In this document: piece by piece, positions 51,749-64,000 of the stretch | Position numbering within the stretch: position 1 is the first letter of the stretch | How the letters are laid out: each line of letters begins with the position of its first letter | NCBI GenBank assembly: GCA_964057225.1 | Contig: OZ059900.1 | Coordinates: 22,072,001-22,136,000, forward strand | Direction: 5' to 3' | Length of the DNA stretch: 64,000 nt | Source: Auanema rhodensis | Taxonomy: Eukaryota > Animalia > Nematoda | The notes under the pieces: generated by a model | Told to the model about the DNA's origin: nothing | Seen by the model: the letters and a program-made list of their open reading frames with translations, nothing else | Database searches by the model: none | Position numbers and translations under genes: made by a program

Positions 51749-54700
51749 TTCATTTTAGTATGTAACACGCTGAAATTCGTTGCATTTGACGACTCATATG
51801 AACAAAAATCGATTTAATCAATATTAGCCATAAGGGGTGTGCCCTCAGAATATGCTAATTTCCTTAATTTTCTAACCCCTGTTTTTTTGTCGTGAAAGTG
51901 GAACTAGGCGTTGTACGAACAATTTTGAGCTAGGTTTCATTGACATTGCATGAGTTTGAACACATGAAATCGTAAGTGAAAACCTTGTTTACAGCGAAAT
52001 TTCCAAAAACTGGTTTTCCAGCATAATAAAATATTTCTCATGGGAAATACTGTGTTTTTGTATTTTTCTAGTGTTCAGCATGTAAAATGCTTCATTTTAG
52101 TATGTAACACGCTGAAATTCGTTGCATTTGACGACTCATATGAACAAAAATCGATTTAATCAATATTAGCCATAAGGGGCGTGCCCTCAGAATATGCTAA
52201 TTTCCTTAATTTTCTAACCCTTGTTTTTTTGTCGTGAAAGTGGAACTAGACGTTGTACGAACAATTTTGAGCTAGGTTTCATTGACATTGCATGAGTTTG
52301 AACACATGAAATCGTAAGTGAAAACCTTGTTTACAGCGAAATTTCCAAAAACTGGTTTTCCAGCATAATAAAATATTTCTCATGGGAAATACTGTGTTTT
52401 TGTATTTTTCTAGTGTTCAGCATGTAAAATGCTTCATATTAGTATGTAACACGCTGAAATTCGTTGCATTTGACGACTCATATGAACAAAAATCGATTTA
52501 ATCAATATTAGCCATAAGGGGCGTGCCCTCAGAATATGCTAATTTCCTTAATTTTCTAACCCCTGTTTTTTTGTCGTGAAAGTGGAACTAGACGTTGTAC
52601 GAACAATTTGGAGCTAAGTTTCATTGACATTGCATGAGTTTGAACACATGAAATCGTAAGTCAAAACCTTGTTTACAGCGAAATTTCCAAAAACTGGTTT
52701 TCCAGCATAATAAAATATTTCTCATGGGAAATACTGTGTTTTTGTTTTTTTCTAGTGTTCAGCATGTAAAATGCTTCATTTTAGTATGTAACACGCTGAA
52801 ATTCGTTGCATTTGACGACTCATATGAACAAAAATCGATTTAATCAATATTAGCCATAAGGGGTGTGCCCTCAGAATATGCTAATTTCCTTAATTTTCTA
52901 ACCCCTGTTTTTTTGTCGTGAAAGTGGAACTAGACGTTGTACGAACAATTTTGAGCTAGGTTTCATTGACATTGCATGAGTTTGAACACATGAAATCGTA
53001 AGTCAAAACCTTGTTTACAGCGAAATTTCCAAAAACTGGTTTTCCAGCATAATAAAATATTTCTCATGGGAAATACTGTGTTTTTGTATTTTTCTAGTGT
53101 TCAGCATGTAAAATGCTTCATTTCAGTATGTAACACGCTGAAATTCGTTGCATTTGACGACTCATATGAACAAAAATCGATTTAATCAATATTAGCCATA
53201 AGGGGCGTGCCCTCAGAATATGCTAATTTCCTTAATTTTCTAACCCTTGTTTTTTTGTCGTGAAAGTGGAACTAGACGTTGTACGAACAATTTTGAGCTA
53301 AGTTTCATTGACATTGCATGAGTTTGAACACATGAAATCGTAAGTCAAAACCTTGTTTACAGCGAAATTTCCAAAAACTGGTTTTCCAGCATAATAAAAT
53401 ATTTCTCATGGGAAATACTGTGTTTTTGTTTTTTTCTAGTGTTCAGCATGTAAAATGCTTCATTTTGGTATGTAACACGCTGAAATTCGTTGCATTTGAC
53501 GACTCATATGAACAAAAATCGATTTAATCAATATTAGCCATAAGGGGCGTGCCCTCAGAATATGCTAATTTCCTTAATTTTCTAACCCCTGTTTTTTTTG
53601 TCGTGAAAGTGGAACTAGGCGTTGTACGAACAATTTTGAGCTAGGTTTCATTGACATTGCATGAGTTTGAACACATGAAATCGTAAGTGAAAACCTTGTT
53701 TACAGCGAAATTTCCAAAAACTGGTTTTCCAGCATAATAAAATATTTCTCATGGGAAATACTGTGTTTTTGTATTTTTCTAGTGTTCAGCATGTAAAATG
53801 CTTCATTTTAGTATGTAACACGCTGAAATTCGTTGCATTTGACGACTCATATGAACAAAAATCGATTTAATCAATATTAGCCATAAGGGGCGTGCCCTCA
53901 GAATATGCTAATTTCCTTAATTTTCTAACCCTTGTTTTTTTGTCGTGAAAGTGGAACTAGACGTTGTACGAACAATTTTGAGCTAGGTTTCATTGACATT
54001 GCATGAGTTTGAACACATGAAATCGTAAGTGAAAACCTTGTTTACAGCGAAATTTCCAAAAACTGGTTTTCCAGCATAATAAAATATTTCTCATGGGAAA
54101 TACTGTGTTTTTGTATTTTTCTAGTGTTCAGCATGTAAAATGCTTCATATTAGTATGTAACACGCTGAAATTCGTTGCATTTGACGACTCATATGAACAA
54201 AAATCGATTTAATCAATATTAGCCATAAGGGGCGTGCCCTCAGAATATGCTAATTTCCTTAATTTTCTAACCCCTGTTTTTTTGTCGTGAAAGTGGAACT
54301 AGACGTTGTACGAACAATTTTGAGCTAAGTTTCATTGACATTGCATGAGTTTGAACACATGAAATCGTAAGTCAAAACCTTGTTTACAGCGAAATTTCCA
54401 AAAACTGGTTTTCCAGCATAATAAAATATTTCTCATGGGAAATACTGTGTTTTTGTTTTTTTCTAGTGTTCAGCATGTAAAATGCTTCATTTTAGTATGT
54501 AACACGCTGAAATTCGTTGCATTTGACGACTCATATGAACAAAAATCGATTTAATCAATATTAGCCATAAGGGGTGTGCCCTCAGAATATGCTAATTTCC
54601 TTAATTTTCTAACCCCTGTTTTTTTGTCGTGAAAGTGGAACTAGACGTTGTACGAACAATTTTGAGCTAGGTTTCATTGACATTGCATGAGTTTGAACAC

Positions 54701-56537
54701 ATGAAATCGTAAGTCAAAACCTTGTTTACAGCGAAATTTCCAAAAACTGGTTTTCCAGCATAATAAAATATTTCTCATGGGAAATACTGTGTTTTTGTAT
54801 TTTTCTAGTGTTCAGCATGTAAAATGCTTCATTTCAGTATGTAACACGCTGAAATTCGTTGCATTTGACGACTCATATGAACAAAAATCGATTTAATCAA
54901 TATTAGCCATAAGGGGCGTGCCCTCAGAATATGCTAATTTCCTTAATTTTCTAACCCTTGTTTTTTTGTCGTGAAAGTGGAACTAGACGTTGTACGAACA
55001 ATTTTGAGCTAAGTTTCATTGACATTGCATGAGTTTGAACACATGAAATCGTAAGTCAAAACCTTGTTTACAGCGAAATTTCCAAAAACTGGTTTTCCAG
55101 CATAATAAAATATTTCTCATGGGAAATACTGTGTTTTTGTTTTTTTCTAGTGTTCAGCATGTAAAATGCTTCATTTTAGTATGTAACACGCTGAAATTCG
55201 TTGCATTTGACGACTCATATGAACAAAAATCGATTTAATCAATATTAGCCATAAGGGGTGTGCCCTCAGAATATGCTAATTTCCTTAATTTTCTAACCCC
55301 TGTTTTTTTGTCGTGAAAGTGGAACTAGGCGTTGTACGAACAATTTTGAGCTAGGTTTCATTGACATTGCATGAGTTTGAACACATGAAATCGTAAGTGA
55401 AAACCTTGTTTACAGCGAAATTTCCAAAAACTGGTTTTCCAGCATAATAAAATATTTCTCATGGGAAATACTGTGTTTTTGTATTTTTCTAGTGTTCAGC
55501 ATGTAAAATGCTTCATTTTAGTATGTAACACGCTGAAATTCGTTGCATTTGACGACTCATATGAACAAAAATCGATTTAATCAATATTAGCCATAAGGGG
55601 CGTGCCCTCAGAATATGCTAATTTCCTTAATTTTCTAACCCTTGTTTTTTTGTCGTGAAAGTGGAACTAGACGTTGTACGAACAATTTTGAGCTAGGTTT
55701 CATTGACATTGCATGAGTTTGAACACATGAAATCGTAAGTGAAAACCTTGTTTACAGCGAAATTTCCAAAAACTGGTTTTCCAGCATAATAAAATATTTC
55801 TCATGGGAAATACTGTGTTTTTGTATTTTTCTAGTGTTCAGCATGTAAAATGCTTCATATTAGTATGTAACACGCTGAAATTCGTTGCATTTGACGACTC
55901 ATATGAACAAAAATCGATTTAATCAATATTAGCCATAAGGGGCGTGCCCTCAGAATATGCTAATTTCCTTAATTTTCTAACCCCTGTTTTTTTGTCGTGA
56001 AAGTGGAACTAGACGTTGTACGAACAATTTTGAGCTAAGTTTCATTGACATTGCATGAGTTTGAACACATGAAATCGTAAGTCAAAACCTTGTTTACAGC
56101 GAAATTTCCAAAAACTGGTTTTCCAGCATAATAAAATATTTCTCATGGGAAATACTGTGTTTTTGTTTTTTTCTAGTGTTCAGCATGTAAAATGCTTCAT
56201 TTTAGTATGTAACACGCTGAAATTCGTTGCATTTGACGACTCATATGAACAAAAATCGATTTAATCAATATTAGCCATAAGGGGTGTGCCCTCAGAATAT
56301 GCTAATTTCCTTAATTTTCTAACCCCTGTTTTTTTGTCGTGAAAGTGGAACTAGACGTTGTACGAACAATTTTGAGCTAGGTTTCATTGACATTGCATGA
56401 GTTTGAACACATGAAATCGTAAGTCAAAACCTTGTTTACAGCGAAATTTCCAAAAACTGGTTTTCCAGCATAATAAAATATTTCTCATGGGAAATACTGT
56501 GTTTTTGTTTTTTTCTAGTGTTCAGCATGTAAAATGC
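51749..56537 (+). repeat. ~2.8 tandem copies of a 5-monomer (1710-bp) higher-order repeat
   Basis: Order [A160G+C230G]-[C131T+C230G]-[T6A+G185A+A314T]-[C90T]-[T8C+C131T+G185A+A314T] starts at 51749, 53459 and 55170. Confidence 0.85.
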
Positions 56538-59500
56538 TTCATTTTAGTATGTAACACGCTGAAATTCGTTGCATTTGACGACTCATATGAACAAAAATCG
56601 ATTTAATCAATATTAGCCATAAGGGGCGTGCCCTCAGAATATGCTAATTTCCTTAATTTTCTAACCCCTGTTTTTTTGTCGTGAAAGTGGAACTAGACGT
56701 TGTACGAACAATTTTGAGCTAAGTTTCATTGACATTGCATGAGTTTGAACACATGAAATCGTAAGTCAAAACCTTGTTTACAGCGAAATTTCCAAAAACT
56801 GGTTTTCCAGCATAATAAAATATTTCTCATGGGAAATACTGTGTTTTTGTTTTTTTCTAGTGTTCAGCATGTAAAATGCTTCATTTTAGTATGTAACACG
56901 CTGAAATTCGTTGCATTTGACGACTCATATGAACAAAAATCGATTTAATCAATATTAGCCATAAGGGGTGTGCCCTCAGAATATGCTAATTTCCTTAATT
57001 TTCTAACCCCTGTTTTTTTGTCGTGAAAGTGGAACTAGACGTTGTACGAACAATTTTGAGCTAGGTTTCATTGACATTGCATGAGTTTGAACACATGAAA
57101 TCGTAAGTCAAAACCTTGTTTACAGCGAAATTTCCAAAAACTGGTTTTCCAGCATAATAAAATATTTCTCATGGGAAATACTGTGTTTTTGTATTTTTCT
57201 AGTGTTCAGCATGTAAAATGCTTCATTTCAGTATGTAACACGCTGAAATTCGTTGCATTTGACGACTCATATGAACAAAAATCGATTTAATCAATATTAG
57301 CCATAAGGGGCGTGCCCTCAGAATATGCTAATTTCCTTAATTTTCTAACCCTTGTTTTTTTGTCGTGAAAGTGGAACTAGACGTTGTACGAACAATTTTG
57401 AGCTAAGTTTCATTGACATTGCATGAGTTTGAACACATGAAATCGTAAGTCAAAACCTTGTTTACAGCGAAATTTCCAAAAACTGGTTTTCCAGCATAAT
57501 AAAATATTTCTCATGGGAAATACTGTGTTTTTGTTTTTTTCTAGTGTTCAGCATGTAAAATGCTTCATTTTAGTATGTAACACGCTGAAATTCGTTGCAT
57601 TTGACGACTCATATGAACAAAAATCGATTTAATCAATATTAGCCATAAGGGGTGTGCCCTCAGAATATGCTAATTTCCTTAATTTTCTAACCCCTGTTTT
57701 TTTGTCGTGAAAGTGGAACTAGACGTTGTACGAACAATTTTGAGCTAGGTTTCATTGACATTGCATGAGTTTGAACACATGAAATCGTAAGTCAAAACCT
57801 TGTTTACAGCGAAATTTCCAAAAACTGGTTTTCCAGCATAATAAAATATTTCTCATGGGAAATACTGTGTTTTTGTATTTTTCTAGTGTTCAGCATGTAA
57901 AATGCTTCATTTCAGTATGTAACACGCTGAAATTCGTTGCATTTGACGACTCATATGAACAAAAATCGATTTAATCAATATTAGCCATAAGGGGCGTGCC
58001 CTCAGAATATGCTAATTTCCTTAATTTTCTAACCCTTGTTTTTTTGTCGTGAAAGTGGAACTAGACGTTGTACGAACAATTTTGAGCTAAGTTTCATTGA
58101 CATTGCATGAGTTTGAACACATGAAATCGTAAGTCAAAACCTTGTTTACAGCGAAATTTCCAAAAACTGGTTTTCCAGCATAATAAAATATTTCTCATGG
58201 GAAATACTGTGTTTTTGTTTTTTTTTAGTGTTCAGCATGTAAAATGCTTCATTTTAGTATGTAACACGCTGAAATTCGTTGCATTTGACGACTCATATGA
58301 ACAAAAATCGATTTAATCAATATTAGCCATAAGGGGCGTGCCCTCAGAATATGCTAATTTCCTTAATTTTCTAACCCCTGTTTTTTTGTCGTGAAAGTGG
58401 AACTAGACGTTGTACGAACAATTTTGAGCTACGTTTCATTGACATTGCATGAGTTTGAACACATGAAATCGTAAGTCAAAACCTTGTTTACAGCGAAATT
58501 TCCAAAAACTGGTTTTCCAGCATAATAAAATATTTCTCATGGGAAATACTGTGTTTTTGTTTTTTTCTAGTGTTCAGCATGTAAAATGCTTCATTTTAGT
58601 ATGTAACACGCTGAAATTCGTTGCATTTGACGACTCATATGAACAAAAATCGATTTAATCAATATTAGCCATAAGGGGTGTGCCCTCAGAATATGCTAAT
58701 TTCCTTAATTTTCTAACCCCTGTTTTTTTGTCGTGAAAGTGGAACTAGACGTTGTACGAACAATTTTGAGCTAGGTTTCATTGACATTGCATGAGTTTGA
58801 ACACATGAAATCGTAAGTCAAAACCTTGTTTACAGCGAAATTTCCAAAAACTGGTTTTCCAGCATAATAAAATATTTCTCATGGGAAATACTGTGTTTTT
58901 GTAGTTTTCTAGTGTTCAGCATGTAAAATGCTTCATTTCAGTATGTAACACGCTGAAATTCGTTGCATTTGACGACTCATATGAACAAAAATCGATTTAA
59001 TCAATATTAGCCATAAGGGGCGTGCCCTCAGAATATGCTAATTTCCTTAATTTTCTAACCCTTGTTTTTTTGTCGTGAAAGTGGAACTAGACGTTGTACG
59101 AACAATTTTGAGCTAAGTTTCATTGACATTGCATGAGTTTGAACACATGAAATCGTAAGTCAAAACCTTGTTTACAGCGAAATTTCCAAAAACTGGTTTT
59201 CCAGCATAATAAAATATTTCTCATGGGAAATACTGTGTTTTTGTTTTTTTTTAGTGTTCAGCATGTAAAATGCTTCATTTTAGTATGTAACACGCTGAAA
59301 TTCGTTGCATTTGACGACTCATATGAACAAAAATCGATTTAATCAATATTAGCCATAAAGGGTGTGCCCTCAGAATATGCTATTTTCCTTAATTTTCTAA
59401 CCCCTGTTTTTTTGTCGTGAAAGTGGAACTAGACGTTGTACGAACAATTTTGAGCTAGGTTTCATTGACATTGCATGAGTTTGAACACATGAAATCGTAA

Positions 59501-62500
59501 GTCAAAACCTTGTTTACAGCGAAATTTCCAAAAACTGGTTTTCCAGCATAATAAAATATTTCTCATGGGAAATACTGTGTTTTTGTATTTTTCTAGTGTT
59601 CAGCATGTAAAATGCTTCATTTTAGTATGTAACACGCTGAAATTCGTTGCATTTGACGACTCATATGAACAAAAATCGATTTAATCAATATTAGCCATAA
59701 GGGGCGTGCCCTCAGAATATGCTAATTTCCTTAATTTTCTAACCCCTGTTTTCTTGTCGTGAAAGTGGAACTAGACGTTGTACGAACAATTTTGAGCTAG
59801 GTTTCATTGACATTGCATGAGTTTGAACACATGAAATCGTAAGTCAAAACCTTGTTTACAGCGAAATTTCCAAAAACTGGTTTTCCAGCATAATAAAATA
59901 TTTTTCATGAGAAATACTGTGTTTTTGTATTTTTCTAGTGTTCAGCATGTAAAATGCTTCATTTTAGTATGTAACACGCTGAAATTCGTTGCATTTGACG
60001 ACTCATATGAACAAAAATCGATTTAATCAATATTAGCCATAAGGGGCGTGCCCTCAGAATATGCTAATTTCCTTAATTTTCTAACCCCTGTTTTTTTGTC
60101 GTGAAAGTGGAACTAGACGTTGTACAAACAATTTTGAGCTAGGTTTCATTGACATTGCATGAATTTGAACACATGAAATCGTAAGTCAAAACCTTGTTTA
60201 CAGCGAAATTTCCAAAAACTGGTTTTCCAGCATAATAAAATATTTCTCATGGGAAATACTGTGTTTTTGTATTTTTCTAGTGTTCAGCATGTAAAATGCT
60301 TCATTTTGGTATGTAACACGCTGAAATTCGTTGCATTTGACGACTCATATGAACAAAAATCGATTTAATCAATATTAGCCATAAGGGGCGTGCCCTCAGA
60401 ATATGCTAATTTCCTTAATTTTCTAACCCCTGTTTTTTTGTCGTGAAAGTGGAACTAGACGTTGTACGAACAATTTTGAGCTAGGTTTCATTGACATTGC
60501 ATGAGTTTGAACACATGAAATCGTAAGTCAAAACCTTGTTTACAGCGAAATTTCCAAAAACTGGTTTTCCAGCATAATAAAATATTTCTCATGGGAAATA
60601 CTGTGTTTTTGTATTTTTCTAGTGTTCAGCATGTAAAATGCTTCATTTTAGTATGTAACACGCTGAAATTCGTTGCATTTGACGACTCATATGAACAAAA
60701 ATCGATTTAATCAATATTAGCCATAAGGGGCGTGCCCTCAGAATATGCTAATTTCCTTAATTTTCTAACCCCTGTTTTTTTGTCGTGAAAGTGGAACTAG
60801 GCGTTGTACGAACAATTTTGAGCTAGGTTTCATTGACATTGCATGAGTTTGAACACATGAAATCGTAAGTGAAAACCTTGTTTACAGCGAAATTTCCAAA
60901 AACTGGTTTTCCAGCATAATAAAATATTTCTCATGGGAAATACTGTGTTTTTGTATTTTTCTAGTGTTCAGCATGTAAAATGCTTCATTTTAGTATGTAA
61001 CACGCTGAAATTCGTTGCATTTGACGACTCATATGAACAAAAATCGATTTAATCAATATTAGCCATAAGGGGCGTGCCCTCAGAATATGCTAACTTCCTT
61101 AATTTTCTAACCCCTGTTTTTTTGTCGTGAAAGTGGAACTAGACGTTGTACGAACAATTTTGAGCTAGGTTTCATTGACATTGCATGAGTTTGAACACAT
61201 GAAATCGTAAGTCAAAACCTTGTTTACAGCGAAATTTCCAAAAACTGGTTTTCCAGCATAATAAAATATTTCTCATGGGAAATACTGTGTTTTTGTTTTT
61301 TTCTAGTGTTCAGCATGTAAAATGCTTAATTTTAGTATGTAACACGCTGAAATTCGTTGCATTTGACGACTCATATGAACAAAAATCGATTTAATCAATA
61401 TTAGCCATAAGGGGCGTGCCCTCAGAATATGCTAATTTCCTTAATTTTCTAACCCCTGTTTTTTTGTCGTGAAAGTGGAACTAGACGTTGTACGAACAAT
61501 TTTGAGCTAGGTTTCATTGACATTGCATGAGTTTGAACACATGAAATCGTAAGTCAAAACCTTGTTTACAGCGAAATTTCCAAAAACTGGTTTTCCAGCA
61601 TAATAAAATATTTCTCATGGGAAATACTGTGTTTTTGTATTTTTCTAGTGTTCAGCATGTAAAATGCTTCATTTTAGTATGTAACACGCTGAAATTCGTT
61701 GCATTTGACGACTCATATGAACAAAAATCGATTTAATCAATATTAGCCATAAGGGGCGTGCCCTCAGAATATGCTAATTTCCTTAATTTTCTAACCCCTG
61801 TTTTTTTTGTCGTGAAAGTGGAACTAGACGTTGTACAAACAATTTTGAGCTAGGTTTCATTGACATTGCATGAATTTGAACACATGAAATCGTAAGTCAA
61901 AACCTTGTTTACAGCGAAATTTCCAAAAACTGGTTTTCCAGCATAATAAAATATTTCTCATGGGAAATACTGTGTTTTTGTATTTTTCTAGTGTTCAGCA
62001 TGTAAAATGCTTCATTTTAGTATGTAACACGCTGAAATTCGTTGCATTTGACGACTCATATGAACAAAAATCGATTTAATCAATATTAGCCATAAGGGGC
62101 GTGCCCTCAGAATATGCTAATTTCCTTAATTTTCTAACCCCTGTTTTTTTGTCGTGAAAGTGGAACTAGGCGTTGTACGAACAATTTTGAGCTAGGTTTC
62201 ATTGACATTGCATGAGTTTGAACACATGAAATCGTAAGTGAAAACCTTGTTTACAGCGAAATTTCCAAAAACTGGTTTTCCAGCATAATAAAATATTTCT
62301 CATGGGAAATACTGTGTTTTTGTATTTTTCTAGTGTTCAGCATGTAAAATGCTTCATTTTAGTATGTAACACGCTGAAATTCGTTGCATTTGACGACTCA
62401 TATGAACAAAAATCGATTTAATCAATATTAGCCATAAGGGGCGTGCCCTCAGAATATGCTAACTTCCTTAATTTTCTAACCCCTGTTTTTTTGTCGTGAA

Positions 62501-64000
62501 AGTGGAACTAGACGTTGTACGAACAATTTTGAGCTAGGTTTCATTGACATTGCATGAGTTTGAACACATGAAATCGTAAGTCAAAACCTTGTTTACAGCG
62601 AAATTTCCAAAAACTGGTTTTCCAGCATAATAAAATATTTCTCATGGGAAATACTGTGTTTTTGTATTTTTCTAGTGTTCAGCATGTAAAATGCTTCATT
62701 TTAGTATGTAACACGCTGAAATTCGTTACATTTGACGACTCATATGAACAAAAATCGATTTAATCAATATTAGCCATAAGGGGCGTGCCCTCAGAATATG
62801 CTAATTTCCTTAATTTTCTAACCCCTGTTTTTTTGTCGTGAAAGTGGAACTAGACGTTGTACGAACAATTTTGAGCTAGGTTTCATTGACATTGCATGAG
62901 TTTGAACACATGAAATCGTAAGTCAAAACCTTGTTTACAGCGAAATTTCCAAAAACTGGTTTTCCAGCATAATAAAATATTTCTCATGGGAAATACTGTG
63001 TTTTTGTATTTTTCTAGTGTTCAGCATGTAAAATGCTTCATTTTAGTATGTAACACGCTGTAATTCGTTGCATTTGACGACTCATATGAACAAAAATCGA
63101 TTTAATCAATATTAGCCATAAGGGGCGTGCCCTCAGAATATGCTAATTTCCTTAATTTTCTAACCCCTGTTTTTTTGTCGTGAAAGTGGAACTAGACGTT
63201 GTACGAACAATTTTGAGCTAAGTTTCATTGACATTGCATGAGTTTGAACACATGAAATCGTAAGTCAAAACCTTGTTTACAGCGAAATTTCCAAAAACTG
63301 GTTTTCCAGCATAATAAAATATTTCTCATGGGAAATACTGTGTTTTTGTATTTTTCTAGTGTTCAGCATGTAAAATGCTTCATTTTAGTATGTAACACGC
63401 TGTAATTTGTTGCATTTGACGACTCATATGAACAAAAATCGATTTAATCAATATTAGCCATAAGGGGCGTGCCCTCAGAATATGCTAACTTCCTTAATTT
63501 TCTAACCCCTGTTTTTTTGTCGTGAAAGTGGAACTAGACGTTGTACGAACAATTTTGAGCTAGGTTTCATTGACATTGCATGAGTTTGAACACATGAAAT
63601 CGTAAGTCAAAACCTTGTTTACAGCGAAATTTCCAAAAACTGGTTTTCCAGCATAATAAAATATTTCTCATGGGAAATACTGTGTTTTTGTATTTTTCTA
63701 GTGTTCAGCATGTAAAATGCTTCATTTTAGTATGTAACACGCTGAAATTCGTTACATTTGACGACTCATATGAACAAAAATCGATTTAATCAATATTAGC
63801 CATAAGGGGCGTGCCCTCAGAATATGCTAATTTCCTTAATTTTCTAACCCCTGTTTTTTTGTCGTGAAAGTGGAACTAGACGTTGTACGAACAATTTTGA
63901 GCTAGGTTTCATTGACATTGCATGAGTTTGAACACATGAAATCGTAAGTCAAAACCTTGTTTACAGCGAAATTTCCAAAAACTGGTTTTCCAGCATAATA

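Larger units (their letters stand above)
1..64000. repeat. Tandem satellite DNA array, 342-bp AT-rich monomer, ~188.8 units, single orientation; no array boundary inside the window
   Basis: 'ttcat(t/a)ttagtatgtaacacgctgaaattcg' recurs at 1, 343, 685 ... 3421 (10x342+1) ... 63721. The length budget closes exactly: 188x342 - 3x193 + 4 - 1 = 63720. No non-repeat sequence is seen. Confidence 0.99.

Noticed and set aside
1-64000. CRISPR array
   Set aside because: No unique spacers (the entire unit repeats) and no cas genes.
1-64000. Rolling-circle/concatemer or pure assembly artefact
   Set aside because: Variants are shared, ordered and hierarchically nested, which random errors on one template would not produce. 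Exact copy numbers of identical blocks still need read support.

Overview
The whole 64-kb window is one uninterrupted, head-to-tail tandem satellite array on a single orientation. The monomer is 342 bp and about 34% GC (hand count: 57 C + 59 G per monomer). I count 188 complete units plus a final 280-bp partial one. Three units are 149-bp truncated monomers sharing the same 193-bp deletion, and five carry a +/-1 T change in one T7 tract. Copies typically differ from the consensus at 0-5 positions. I found no genes, RNA genes, transposons, CRISPR spacers or unique sequence, and all six frames of the consensus monomer contain stops. This looks like eukaryotic (peri)centromeric or heterochromatic satellite DNA; I cannot name the family or organism. 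The information lies in the variant pattern: local higher-order repeats (3-, 5-, 6- and 11-mers), nested multi-kb block duplications, a left-to-right turnover of variants, a microhomology-bounded deletion in register with a degenerate internal duplication, dense dyad symmetry and a CENP-B-box-like motif. I see no support for a novel gene-based system. Notation: 'pN' is the position within the monomer, with p1 = window position 1, 343, 685 and so on. Variant calls were read by eye and should be confirmed by alignment.
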